A DNA stretch of 59,781 nucleotides from Fistulifera solaris. Taxonomy: Eukaryota. The notes under the pieces are model-generated. The model saw nothing but the letters and a program-made list of their open reading frames with translations, had not been told where the DNA came from and ran no database searches. A program made the translations under genes and the position numbers. The stretch is taken from positions 868,001 to 927,781 of the forward strand of contig AP026151.1 in assembly GCA_030295235.1 (NCBI GenBank), in the 5' to 3' direction. Shown here piece after piece: positions 1 to 11,793 of the stretch (positions are counted from its first letter, which is position 1; the number at the start of each line of letters is the position of its first letter).

Positions 1-2292
1 TTCTTCTTCGACCGCTTCTGGACTATCTTTTTCAACAGGTTGAGCAAGATGTCGCAGTTCCAATCAATGAGGCGTTGGCGTCTTCTTTTCGTCTGCTGTC
101 ATGGGGACTTCGTCTTTCTCAGCGTCACCTCTGGATACAATCGCCGCAACTGCTTTGCACTGCTTTACTGAAACCCCATTGCTGATGTCGGGGTCGATCT
201 TGAGCCAGTACGTCTGGATGGCACCTTTTCCTTTGCCACGACGATATCCTCTCGCAAAACCAGCCAGTTCTCCTTTCCGTCGTTCTTCAAAAGCTCAGCC
301 GTTTCGGGGGACACATGAATTAAGTGCGGCTTTCCAGATGTTTCGATTCTCGATGTTGTATTCATAGTATCACCAAAGAGTTGCAATCTGGACCGTTCAC
401 CGCGCAGCACTCCAGCAGTAACTGGTCCACTATGCAAACCGCATCGAAGAGCGAGTTCACCGGTATCCGGTCCCAGCTTTAGCTCCAAGGACTCTGTGAC
501 TTCCGCCATCTTCTTCTGGCAGCGTTGAGCAAATTGGGCCATGACAACGAAGTGATCCTCGCGTGGTTCCGGAAGCCCCGACACAGCGACGTAGCAGTCT
601 CCTACAGTTTCGACCTTGAAGACGCCCATTTGTCGAGCGATATCGTCGAACTGGAAGAAAATGGACTCGAGTAATTGGAAGACTTGAGTGGGTTCTCGGA
701 CACTGCTCCACGCGGTGAAACCACAGATATCGGCGAAGAAAATAGTTGTTGCAACGTACAAATCAGCAATTGGCTTGCCCTTGAAGGCGATCACACATTC
801 TTGGCCTTCATCGGCGTCCATGAGGGTCTTGCTGCCCACCTGCGCTTCTTTTAGCTTCTCTGCTTCCTCCATTTGGCGGCGAGCTTCTTCAATCATTTCG
901 TCCTCTTTGGTCATCTGATGTTCGACCTTGGTAGGTGCAACTCCAGCGATGAGTTGCTTCGTCTGACTGATGTTGAAATTGAGCTTCGAAGTATTTTTAC
1001 GAACAGCGGAATCCAAGAAAAGAAAGGCCACTGCTGTAAAGAGAAAGATAAGTACGCTTGAAATTGCAAGAAGAGTTGGCTGCAGAGTAGAGTAGCTGGT
1101 GTCGAAGGATTTCGTCGGGTAGAGGTGCATCATGTAGACACAACGGGTAGTTTGTTGCAGCACGCGCTCGGGTGATGCTTCTGTAAGGTCTGCGTTGGCA
1201 AGTTCGAAAGAGACTTTCATATCGTCGTATGCCTGGTCATGAAGATCACCGTCACCCTTGTATGAAACGTCACCACCACCATGAAGCTGGTACGTAGTGA
1301 CGTATCCACACGAACTCTCGAGGACAGCCTCAATGACACCTTCTTGACCATGAACAATGTCTTTGAGAACAGCATCCCAGGCAAGAATAGCCGAGAAATA
1401 GGCAACCGGCGTTTTGCTCGTGTCAAGCGACAAATTTTCATATACAGGCCCAATGAGGAGGCAGTGCGGGACGTTGTCGGTATCCGTAGTGGCCTCCGAG
1501 AAATTGTACGCCGAGATGGTCTCGGAGAATACAGCTGCTTGTGATTCACTTGCAACTTGCACCGCGTCAGCGAAGGATGGAAGAGACATTAAATCCAGGC
1601 TCAAGATTGCATGGTCACTGGCCAACGACGGCGAAATTTGCCAAACGGGTGCGTAGGGCCCTTCGGAATCAACATGTTGTCCAGTAGCTGTTTGAAGAGA
1701 GTAAAACTCGTCGTTGCGACCCAACTGAGCGTACAGAGTCCATTCAACAAGGTCCTGGACGACGGGGCTGAACATCAATGCTTTTGTCTCGGTCAAGGCG
1801 CTGAAGCTTGTACCAAGACGATCGAAATAGGGAATGGTGACCTGGGGCCACGCGGCATCTTGAGAAGCGAGAAGCGAAGTGGTCGACGTACTCAGCTCTC
1901 TCGTTGCCTCCAACAGAGTAGTCACTTTGGTAACACTGAGACGAGCTACTTCATCCGCAGCCCTTTCATACTGCATTAAGATCAGAAAGAGAAATTATTT
2001 AAAAAAAGATGTCAGTTCCGCTCATGCTATAAAGCCTAATATTTTGAACTCAGTGCTATCGTACCTGAACTCTGAACTCCTCATTTTCGCTATCCTTTGT
2101 AACATAAAATGCCGTTAAGGCCACAGTCAACGCGCTCAAAATCAAAGTAATGGCGACGGCCATCTTCATCCCTTTCAACCAACGCGCATGGGCGACCAAA
2201 AGTCCACCCTGAGACACGTCTTCATTTATGCTATCGTTGGAACTATCATGCTTACTCGAAGCAGATCCTTCGGATTGGGACTGATCTTTCAT
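1..2292 (-). CDS. Receptor-type class III nucleotide (guanylate) cyclase with two TM helices and an extracellular sensor region; runs off the left edge, probably into a PDE-type C-terminus
   Basis: Exon 1 is 2292-2065 (TM AVAITLILSALTVALTAF), followed by a GT-AG intron at 2064-1971. Cyclase motifs: FFADICGFTAWSS, KVETVGDCYVAV, GLHSGPVTAGVL, QLFGDTMNTTSRIE. A 1-nt indel near 230 hides KGKGAIQTYWL. RLIDWNCDILLNLLKKIV near the edge is the linker typical of diatom cyclase-PDE proteins. Confidence 0.9.
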
Positions 2293-3411
2293 CCTCGGTG
2301 TTTCTTTGTTTCAGAAGGGAAAAAAAGTGATGAAAGAAGAAATGTGTGAGGTGCCGATAGTGCGATCTTCGTGGTGTCGATTCATCCATCGGTGGCACAT
2401 GACTTTTTTCCGAAGACGGATCGTTGCTCGAATTAGGTCCGAATCACTTTCTTCCTGGGCCTTTTGACTATAAACTTTTATGTGAATTTTAGATCTTAGT
2501 CGAACAGTCCATCCGTTCTTCAGTCTTCCTTGCCCTTCTCTCCTTCCAATCATACGATCTGAAATGGGCCCAGTTAGAAAAAGGCATTCTTCGACATACA
2601 GTTTGTATCCTTTTTACATGCAAAAAGAATCCGGAGAACGAATGGGGAGCATTTTTACAGAACCAGAAGAGCGGATGCCGATACAGATTGCCAGGTTACA
2701 GTACAAAGTACAGGCTAAATGCTAAATCTTGAACCAGGAGTTCGGATTTGTTGTCTATTCAAACAGTGCAATCGTTCTTGATTCTTGATACTTGTACTGT
2801 AGTTGAGAGTTGAGATTGAGATGGGATAGGCGATGATTGCAGATTGCAGATTGCAGAATAGAAGAAAATAATGACCTTTAGTTCACAACTTGAAGTTAAT
2901 GGTGGTTTGTGGCAAGCAATTGCTCGCTGCTCGCTGCTTGCGAGAATCGAGAAATATTACGAAAATTAAAGAGACAAAGACGCACTTAGTTGTTTGAATT
3001 GTTTAGAGGTTACCTTGGACAGTTGCTACGTTACCGAACAATTGAGTAACCTCACGTTTCCTCCCTTGAGCAAATTTTTTATCTTTCTTGAAAGCTGCCG
3101 GAACTACTACGTCCTAAGCGATATTAAGTTAATAGATGCTATCAAATGAAATTTTGTTATTCAATGGTTTTGTTTCAATAGACTACTGAAATTCTGTGTA
3201 GTGAGGATAAGACAGACTGAGATTGGTTGAGCTCATCATACAGAAATTCTGTGAAATGTGTACTTAGAAATACAAACATTCTGTGTGAAGTGAACAGGGG
3301 CATCGGTCTGGTCGTAAGGCATTAGTACAAATGTCCATTTGTACAAATGCGAAAGGATTAAATAATGGCGTGAATGTGGTCCTAATGTAAACGTTTCGGA
3401 TAATCTAGAAG

Positions 3412-4733
3412 AAATCGGTGTTTTGCATATAACAGAAATTCTGTGGTAGTTCCAGAATTCTGGAATCGATGTTGTCGATCAACCCGAGATTTTGTGGTCG
3501 TTCCAGAAATTCTAAAATCGGTGATTTGCGTCAAACAGAGATTCTTTGATCGTTCCAGAAATTCTGGAATAGGTGTTTTGGCTCAAACAGAGATTCTGTC
3601 GTCGTTCCAGAAATTCTAAAATCGGTGATTTGCGTCAAACAGAGATTCTTTGATCGTTCCAGAAATTCTGGAATAGGTGGTTTGGGTCAAACAGAGATTC
3701 TGTGGTCGTTCCAGAAGTTCTGGAATCGGTGGTTTGGGTCAAATCGAGATTCTTTGATCGTTCGAGAAATTCTGGAATCGGTGGTTTGGGTCAAAGTGAG
3801 ATTCTGTGGCAATTCCAGAAATTCTGGAATCGGTGTTCTAGGTCAAACCGAGATTTTGTCGTTGTTCTAGAAATTCTGGAATCGGTGGTTTGGGTCAAAC
3901 CGAGATTCTTTGATCGTTCGAGAAATTCTGGAATCGGTGGTTTGGGTCAAACAGAGATTCTTTGATCGTTCGAGAAATTCTGGAATCGGTGTTCTGGGTC
4001 AAACCGAGATTTTGTCGTTGTTCTAGAAATTCTGGAATCGGTGTTTTGGGTCAAACAGAGATTCTGTCATCGTTCCAGAAATTATGGAAACGGTGCTTTC
4101 CGTCAAACAGAGATTGTGTGGTCGTTCCAGAAATTCTGGAATCGTTGGTTAAAGTCATACAGAGATTCTGTGGTCGTTCCAGAAGTTCTGGAATCAGTGT
4201 TTTAGGTCAAACAGAGATTCTGTGGCAATTCCAGAAATTCTGGAATCGATGTTTTGGGTCACACAGAGATTCTTCCAGAAATGCTGGAATCGGTGTTTTG
4301 GGTCAAACAGAGATTATGTCGTCGTTCCAGAAATTCTGGAATCGGTGATTTGCGTCAAACAGAGATTATGTCGTCGTTCCAGAAATTCTGGAATCGGTGA
4401 TTTGCGTCAAACAGAGATTATGTCGTCGTTCCAGAAATTTTGGAATCGGTGATTTGCGTCAAACAGAGATTCTGTGGTCGTTCCAGAAATTCTGGAATCG
4501 GTGTTTTGGGTCAAACAGAGATTCTTTGATCGTTCGAGAAATTCTGGAATCGGTGTTTTGGGTCAAACAGAGATTTTGTCGTCGTTCCAGAAATCCTGGA
4601 ATCGGTGTTCTGGGTCAAACCGGGATTGTGTGGTCGTTTCAGAAATTCTGGAATCGGTGCTTTGCGTCAAACAGAGATTGTGTGGTCCTTCCAGAAATTC
4701 TGGAATCGGTGTTTTGGGTCATTCAGAGATTCT
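3412..4733 (+). repeat. Tandem satellite with a 52-bp unit (about 25 copies) and palindromic core TTCCAGAAATTCTGGAA
   Basis: Unit is approximately CCAGAAATTCTGGAATCGGTGTTTTGGGTCAAACAGAGATTCTGTGGTCGTT. Period of 52 measured at 4325->4377. Degenerate GAAATTCTGTG copies lie upstream at about 3190-3290. Confidence 0.95.
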
Positions 4734-5186
4734 TTTATACAGAGATAGTCAAGCTGTGTTAAGAAGAATGAATAAAGCTACGGTAGCCGTAGCTGGGTTT
4801 ATTCTTTTATTAGGCTAGACTATAGATCGAGTTCCTTGAGGGGTGAGGATCGCAGCATTGCCACGTCATTTAGTATCGTTTTTTGTGTAAGGAGTCTGTC
4901 GTTCCATGTTCCATCGGCGGCGTCATCCCGTCAGCAGCAACGAAAGAGAACGAGGTTCGTCGTTTTGTACACCATGACGGAGCCTCAACAACACAAGATT
5001 TCTTTTTTCGAGTTTCTCTTTCGTTCCTCGCATCGGCGTCGTGACTTTGTTGAGAGCGAAAGAAGAAAGAAGCATCGATAATCGATAAGCAGCCAGCTGT
5101 CGTCGTCTTTGAAGGATCGAAGGTGGAGGAAATCATATTTTAGTTTTATTGTTACCTATTCGGTTGATTCATTTTACAATCTACAA

Positions 5187-6477
5187 ATGACAGGAATGAC
5201 TTATCGGCTAGTATTCGCAACAATTGCATCCGCAGCACTTCTGTTGTCGTTCGCGACAGCTTTTCAGCCGCTGCAGCCGCAGCAAACACCGAAGCGAATG
5301 GCTAACTTGAACGTTCAAAGCTTAGCCGCGCCGACCGAAGAGAAAAAAGACAACAAATGCGGCATCATGGCCGGCTACCGGAATTCCCAATCACAAGATA
5401 TTAACCAAAGAACAAGAGCAAAAACTAGGCAAAGCGATTCAGAAATCACGGAAATTACGGCAGTGGCTTGAACAGCATTCAACAAAAGCACAGACACCGC
5501 TCGATGACGCTGCGATTGTTTATGCGCTTTCTCCATCGATTACTTCGCACGAATCCTCTTTGTATCACAACTACACGCAAGCTCAAATCGATACTATTTT
5601 AGAGAAAGGGCATCACGCCAAGCAGACTTTGATGATGTATAATCTTCGATTAGTATCGAAAATTGCCAAGAAATGGGCGTACATGACACACAACAACAAT
5701 GGCGATTACATGTCGAATGCCAACGATGGCTCGCTCACGCGTCCTTCGGTACAAGAAGCCATTCAAGAAGGTATTGAAGGACTCGCAAGGGCCGCCGATC
5801 GTTACGATCCCACCAAAAATTGGCGATTCTCAACGTACGCGACGTATTGGATCACCGACTCGATTCGGAACTGCTACGCATCGGCAACGAACGGCCACGC
5901 GATGCGATTGCCCTCGGCGTATTACGAAACCGTCGTGCGGTACAAGTCTCTCATCAAAGAACAGTATCACCTTCGCCAAGCACCACCGCCGATGGAAGAT
6001 CTCGCGGCACAGATGGACATGAAGCTTCCTCGGTTGCAAAAGATTCTTCGAGTCGCGCAGCCTCCGCTGTCGTTGGATGGGCCGACGTCTTCGTTTGCGG
6101 GTGCTGGAAAGTCGGGCATTGCGGAGGCATCGACCACCATGCTCGGAGAGATTCTGGTCATGGGAACGTCGGAAGATCCGGAAGCACTGTTGGAATGGAG
6201 TATGCTACGAGGTGCATTGGAGCACGCGTTATTGACCCAATTGACACCGCGCGAACGTGACGTTGTACGCTTGCGTTCGGGGTTCGATGATGGCGTGACG
6301 AGAACGTTTCGAGAAGTTTCCGAGGATTGTTACGAAGGCAAAATAAGTCCGGTTCAAGTTCAGGTCACATGGACCAAGGCCCTGAAGAAGCTTCGTTCTC
6401 CGCAAGCTTTGTCGAAGTACGGATGGATGTCCTACTTTGAAATGTGCGACGTGGATCCCGAGACTGTTACATTGTGA
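5187..6477 (+). CDS. Nuclear-encoded plastid RNA polymerase sigma-70 factor (1-nt indel at the A-run near 5345)
   Basis: Signal peptide plus ATAF|Q plastid-type motif. After the shift comes region 1.2 HKILTKEQEQKLGKAI. Region 2: YNLRLVSKIAKK and IQEGIEGLARAADRYDPTKNWRFSTYATYWI. Region 4: LTPRERDVVRLRSG...KALKKLR. Confidence 0.92.
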
Positions 6478-7107
6478 TGAACCGGAAGATGTTCTGCTAG
6501 GGAACAACGCTTCGCCCACATGAATCTGGCACGGCTGATTGTACAGACCGCGCATGCAATCAATTGTATCAAAATACCGATACTACTTTCAAGATGCATG
6601 ATCATTAACGAGGGCCATTAAATGCAGTGCTAGTGCTTGGATCTTGTACATCGAGCGCAGTGAGCAGTGAACAGGTCGCACGACGCACGATACAGAACGC
6701 ACGACGTAAACGGCAAGTCAACAGTCAACCAGTCTAAATGTCCAAGCGCTTAATACAACTCCTATCTCCCAAGAACCAGGCGTACTGCTTACTTGACGTT
6801 GTTTAATTGAACAATGCGCACCGAGAATTCTAATTTATTCGTTTTGGCAGATGATCGCGTTCAGCTCAAACCTCAAAACCATAATTCGTGACTTATGATG
6901 AAATGCAGTCGTGGTTAAGGTGAGATACACTTAGGGCCTATAGTAAATGATGAAGACAGCGATCCGCAATTACTTTCGGCTTTTTAAAAAAATAGAGATG
7001 TGAATTGCAACACATGCTGAAGGTAGACTCAATGGTGTCGTAGTAACGACAATTGTAGTTTACCAAGGTTTTCGAATGACAGATCACAGATCACCGAAGA
7101 GGAACAC

Positions 7108-7340
7108 CGGTTCCAGAGCTTGTGGAGTGTACACAGAATATCTGTATAAATGGTCAATATCACTACTTCCAGAATTTCTGGACTTCTTACAGGATTTCTG
7201 TATGCTTCAAAACGACAATTCCAGAATTTCTGGAAGCAGCACAGAATTTCTGTATTATTGAAACTGATTCCAGAATTTCTGGAACAAGCAAAGTTTGCAT
7301 TATTTTGCTTTTATTGCTTCAATTATTATTTTTCCAGAAT
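7108..7340 (-). repeat. Short degenerate array of the same satellite family, in reverse orientation
   Basis: TTCCAGAATTTCTGGA(A) alternates with CACAGAATTTCTGT at about 50-bp spacing, which is the reverse complement of the 3412-4733 unit. Confidence 0.8.
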
Positions 7341-7799
7341 ACGTTGTCGACAAAAGTGCGAATGATCTTATTGACAGCAACCGTGCTGTCCATAAGATGA
7401 AACGCATCCGACATTCAATGAGCAATGAAGTAGACTATGAAGCTATGAAGTAATCGATTATCGATTGCTGTGAATTGTGATGGTGAATAAATGATGAAGA
7501 ATGAAGAATGAGCGCAACTCGTTTTTTCAATTGCAAACTACAAAGAAGCAGACTGTCACTGCCGTTTATTGGAAGCAAGCCAGCAAGCCGCAAAGATAAT
7601 TCGAAGGCCGAGTGAATGAGACGAACCGGATGGCGCGCAATGCGCAATGAAAGATCGAATGAATGAAGTGTTCAACAATCTTCTCGAGACCCGCACCATT
7701 GGATGTGCTGGTGGCTTCTCAGCCACACAATCTTGTGCGATCTTTCAATAGATCTTTCGTCACAATCCTGTCCTCTCAATAAATTTGCTTGACAACACC

Positions 7800-8585
7800 A
7801 TGAAGATCGGTAACTACGCCATCGCCTTTGTGGCCCTTCCTACCTTGGCCTTTGGGGCTCGTCATCCTACCTGCCAGACGTTCACGGAGATTTACGCCGA
7901 TGGAACTGAACTTTGCGAGAAGATGTTCTCCGATGCCTTTGTCGTCGTCCCCGACGACCAACCAGCTTATCACATGTGGTTCTTCGACACGGATAACAAT
8001 CCGAACGATCAAGTTACTCGTGATATCTTCGGCACCGAGCCTCTCGAAGAATGCAACGTGCAGTACTTTCACAAACAAGTGCCAAGCCCGGAAGGTGATG
8101 ACATGGGCGAGTGTCACCCCTGGAAGCAGCGCTCTTGTTGCCACGGTGAAACCGTCGGAAGCGTCGAAGAGATGAAGGCCCTTTACGGAAGTAGCTGGGA
8201 TCGCTGCGGAACCATGTCGGAAGCTTGCGAGCGTTTCTTCGTCTTTGAGCTTTGCTTCTACGAGTGTGAACCCTCGGTCGGTTTGTTTCGTCGCTTCAAC
8301 GATAGTCAGACGGATCATCCTGACTTCAACACGTGGCAGCTCTATCAGATGCCCATGAAGAAAAGTTACTGTGATGCCTGGTTCGATGCCTGCAAGAACG
8401 ACTTCTTTTCCGAGGAGCGCTTCTCGACGATCAAGGAAGAGAAGGAAGTGAACAAACTTGGCGTCTCGTTGGGTGTCATCGGGGCATTCGCTTTCCTTCT
8501 TTGTCTCTTCTCCTCGTTCTTGGTCCACCGTGAACGCAGCGGCAAGCCCGTGTTTGTCGCTGAGAAGGCGAACCCGGTGGCTTAA
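7800..8585 (+). CDS. Folate receptor/riboflavin-binding-protein family (FOLR-like) protein with signal peptide and C-terminal TM helix
   Basis: Motifs HKQVPSPE, CHPWKQRSCC, WDRCGTMSEACERFFVFELCFYECEP and CDAWFDAC match the Folate_rec Cys pattern. Intact ORF with TM GVSLGVIGAFAFLLCLFSSFLV. Confidence 0.9.
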   Translation: MKIGNYAIAFVALPTLAFGARHPTCQTFTEIYADGTELCEKMFSDAFVVVPDDQPAYHMWFFDTDNNPNDQVTRDIFGTEPLEECNVQYFHKQVPSPEGDDMGECHPWKQRSCCHGETVGSVEEMKALYGSSWDRCGTMSEACERFFVFELCFYECEPSVGLFRRFNDSQTDHPDFNTWQLYQMPMKKSYCDAWFDACKNDFFSEERFSTIKEEKEVNKLGVSLGVIGAFAFLLCLFSSFLVHRERSGKPVFVAEKANPVA

Positions 8586-8633
8586 CTCGTTCTGTGAGAT
8601 ACGTGTTGCAACATGGATAATATGAAATGATAC

Positions 8634-8748
8634 TCTTGCCGCGGGAGCTTTGTGACGTGGGTATTGGCTGAGAGATTAAAGAGTCGAAAGATTCTTTGTT
8701 GACCGTTCGAACCTGAACATGGTAATGCATGCGAAAGGGAAGGTGAGA
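8634..8748 (+). ncRNA. TPP (thiamine pyrophosphate) riboswitch aptamer in the 3' UTR of FOLR-like copy 1
   Basis: P1 TCTTGCC/GGTGAGA; P2 GCGG/CCGT; GCTGAGA pyrimidine-sensor motif; P3a hairpin AAAGAGTC-GAAA-GATTCTTT; GAACCTGA-ACATGGTAATGCATG-CGAAAGGGAA pyrophosphate arm. Confidence 0.9.
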
Positions 8749-8867
8749 TGTGTCACGGAAATATTATCACGAAAGTGTTGCTATGAGGACGTTTAGTAAG
8801 ATAACATAGTAGTGAAAAGTGATTCTTTATTGAATGTTTCTATTGTCTATTGCGCGTTTACTCGTCA

Positions 8868-9909
8868 TCATGATCTACTTCGAATATTTCGCCATGCTTC
8901 TCGCATCCGTCGTGCCTGACCCTCGGTGAAAACATCGTCACAGCCTAAAGGAGCGTAATCCATAATGTTGTCCAAAGGGTCTGCACCCGGTCGATCCGGG
9001 CAACTATCGGGCAGCGGGTTGGGACATGCACCAATGATTCTTCCATAGTACCAGCTTTGTGCGTTCGTGTCGTCTACCAAGTCGCCTGGTGAACATCCAC
9101 CGTCAAACGTGTGAAGTAGATTCAGCCAGTGTCCTGTTATGGAACAAGCGTCGACCAGTGAGCATTCGCCCACGAAGAGAAACACAAAAGCTGTACGACT
9201 ATTTCGCAAACTTACCGACTTCATGTGCCAGTGTCGTTTTATCGGTCGCACAATCCGTATCGACAACGATGCCGTCTCCCTTCCCCATAGCCTTGGCATT
9301 TTCCGCCAAATTCGCATATCCGCAATAGCGGCCACCAAACATCCTGGCTGCTTTGTAGTAGACATTGAGTGTTTTGAGATTCCCTTTTCTATGTTTCTTT
9401 TCCATATTCTTTTGTTCGAAAGTATTCCATTCCGAATCATACCAGATTTTATCTACTACGCGATTCGTCGCGACGACATTCAGCTGAAAGCCGGTCGAGA
9501 GAAGGAGTTGGTTAGTTATATCAATGTTTTCTTGTAAAATTTCATCCGATAAAAAGCCGGTGTCGTTATCTTTTTGAATGGCGTGGATATATGTGGTGAT
9601 GTTGACAAAGCCGCCATTTTCCGGACCGAAGTCTTCATCATCAATATCACCCCAAGGGTTGCATCGAAACAGACGATTCTTCGAGTTTGACCTCCTTTCC
9701 TGCTCATATTGAGCACGGGATAAACGCTCTTGCTGTGCGACAGCCATTTCTTCAATGGAATGAACATCGGGCGCTTGAAATCCACAGCCTTGAGGAGTAT
9801 CGGAAAGATCTCGATGATGGTGATGGTGATGGTGAAAGCCATGATGCTCATGCGCGAGGACAGCGGAGGCTGTAAGAGCACAGATAACAACGGATTCGAT
9901 TTGCATCAT
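8868..9909 (-). CDS. Secreted M43 (pappalysin/ulilysin-like) zinc metalloprotease with a poly-His tract, copy 1
   Basis: Signal peptide, HEHHGFHHHHHHH, Cys-switch-like GCG. Intron 9215-9134 splits HEV|GHWLNLLH. Also GDLVDDT and the NIMDY Met-turn, then FTEGQARRM. Confidence 0.92.
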
Positions 9910-10677
9910 TGCAGTGTTTAAAATGTATAAACAGTTTCGCTTTTCATCGATTTCGAATTTGTATCAACCAAGTCAACAGCATCTTTCTCGTCAACAAGTC
10001 AACACAGCAAAATTCTGCGTCTTTCGGTGCAACGTTCTTGCCATCTCAGTAAAAAAATCACAAGCCCTTCATTCATGTATTTCAAATCCAATCACTAATC
10101 AGAAATATCCCATACCAAAGTGTACAGCAAGAAGCTGTTCATTACTTAACGTTTGTTTGTCGACAAGAAGACACTTAAGATATCGTTTGTCAGTCATGTT
10201 TAAGCCCTGTAATCTTTTGATTCTAGTATTGTTTTGACAGTACACATTGAATAACGATTCCGAAATTGTATCTTAAATGTGTCAGTTTGAATATTCCATT
10301 TAGTACATCGCACCAGAAGCTGGCGCGCGCTCCGGACACGTTATTGCCTTCGTGGCTCTTGAACTCCATGAAAGTTGAGGGTTGCTGCCGCAAGCCGCAA
10401 GAAAATGCAACATGCGATGCGCATGCGAAAAAAAAGTGAACGAGACGAAGGCGATGATGATGTAAGTGGCTACGAAAGGCAACTGAATGCAAACTGAGGA
10501 CAACACTTCCATTGAAATGTATCATTCAGGTCTAATCAAGCTGTCCTTCACACAACCGACTGTACATTCGCCTGCACAGTCACCTGGAATCCAAGATCAC
10601 ATCATGGCATCATTGAAAAATCACTACGACGACTTTTGACGACGACAAAAGAAAATGATTTTCACAATAATTTACTC

Positions 10678-11793
10678 TTATTTTTGACACTGTGAGACAT
10701 CTTTACATACAAAAGACAAGTGAATCAAGCCGTCGCTTATTAAGGGAAAGGATTTTGCCGGATGCGGCGGATCAGCTCTTCCAAGGCCGAAGATGCGTTC
10801 TGCATCGGAGCGCCGGCACTTTCCCAAGCGAAGAATCGGCGTCAGAGCCGGAGGAGCCGGCAATGGCGGCGGAAGCGTCAGATTCATCCGTAAACACTGC
10901 CTCATCCAATCAAGCGCGTCGGCTTCATGCTCATTGCGTAACTGATGAAACAAGGAATCAGAGAGAAGGGCTTGCGTCCGCAAATGCAGAAGCTGCTGAC
11001 TCAATACCGATTCTTGACTGGGAAATTGCGGAACTGCGAAACTTTGATTAGAGAGAGGTTGCATCCGACTCCCATGGTTAGGAGCAGCGTCGACCAGGCA
11101 AATTGTGTTTTGCTTCAATGCAGGCACCTTCGTTGCGGCCTTCTTCACTACGGGGCGTTTCGTTGTTGCTTTACTGGCACTTTTGATTTCACAGAGCTGT
11201 TCCGGCTGGTCACGACAAAAGTTAGGATGCGAAAACACCTGACAATTAATAGGAAAGCCATAGAGAGTCGGCGGTGACTTTCGAAACCTCCAGCGGTATG
11301 CCTTCCGAACGAAACTTTCGTATTTCACGTTGCCAAAGAACCTCCAGAGCCATTTCCCATAGAGAGCATTCGGGTCACGGATGACGACAGCAGTTCCATT
11401 GAGAGCCCAAAAGATTGCTTCCTGCTCCATTTTTCGACCAGCACCGGCGCATACGCGCTCGATATAAGTCATCATCAACATGAACTGATGGGAGCAACGA
11501 GGGCATAAAGTGTGAAACAAACTCGAATTATGATGCTACAATGTGCAATAATTTCTTACCTTCTCCGGGAACGTGAGTATGCTGTCGAAATCTCGCGTGT
11601 ATGCGGGAATGTGTGTTGTGGGTAGATGATTTATTGCGTGGATGAACTCGCTGGTGTTACGAGCCGGACGTGGGCTCTTTGATGCTCCCTCCACTGGACT
11701 TGCCACACTATCTGACTTCTCAGACTGAGTATCCTGGGCAATAGGTTTGGCATCTTCCACTTGGGGCTTTTTGTTGTTGTGAAGATCTTCCAT
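10678..11793 (-). CDS. Heat-shock-factor-type DNA-binding domain protein
   Basis: Exon 1 ends TFPEK, then a GT-AG intron at 11559-11485. HSF DBD motifs IFWALNGTAVVIRD, FFGNVKYESFVRKAYRWRFRK and FSHPNFCRDQPE. Confidence 0.88.

Noticed and set aside
3412..4733. CRISPR-like array (palindromic repeat at regular spacing)
   Set aside because: The intervening sequences are variants of one another rather than unique spacers. There are no cas genes and the context is eukaryotic.
3625..4818. ORFs within the satellite
   Set aside because: These are translations of a 52-bp (non-triplet) repeat cycling through frames, with no sign of a real protein.
5340..5350. Programmed ribosomal frameshift in the sigma gene
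   Set aside because: Similar single-base homopolymer indels occur in many unrelated genes here, so sequencing error is more parsimonious.
7776..8528. Long antisense ORFs (also 14106-14966, 21371-22066, 26399-27091)
   Set aside because: They are shadows of real genes on the opposite strand, caused by codon bias or repeats.
8701..8715. GTTCGAACC as a tRNA T-loop / Pol III B-box
   Set aside because: No cloverleaf is present. The motif is the J2/4-P4 part of the TPP aptamer.
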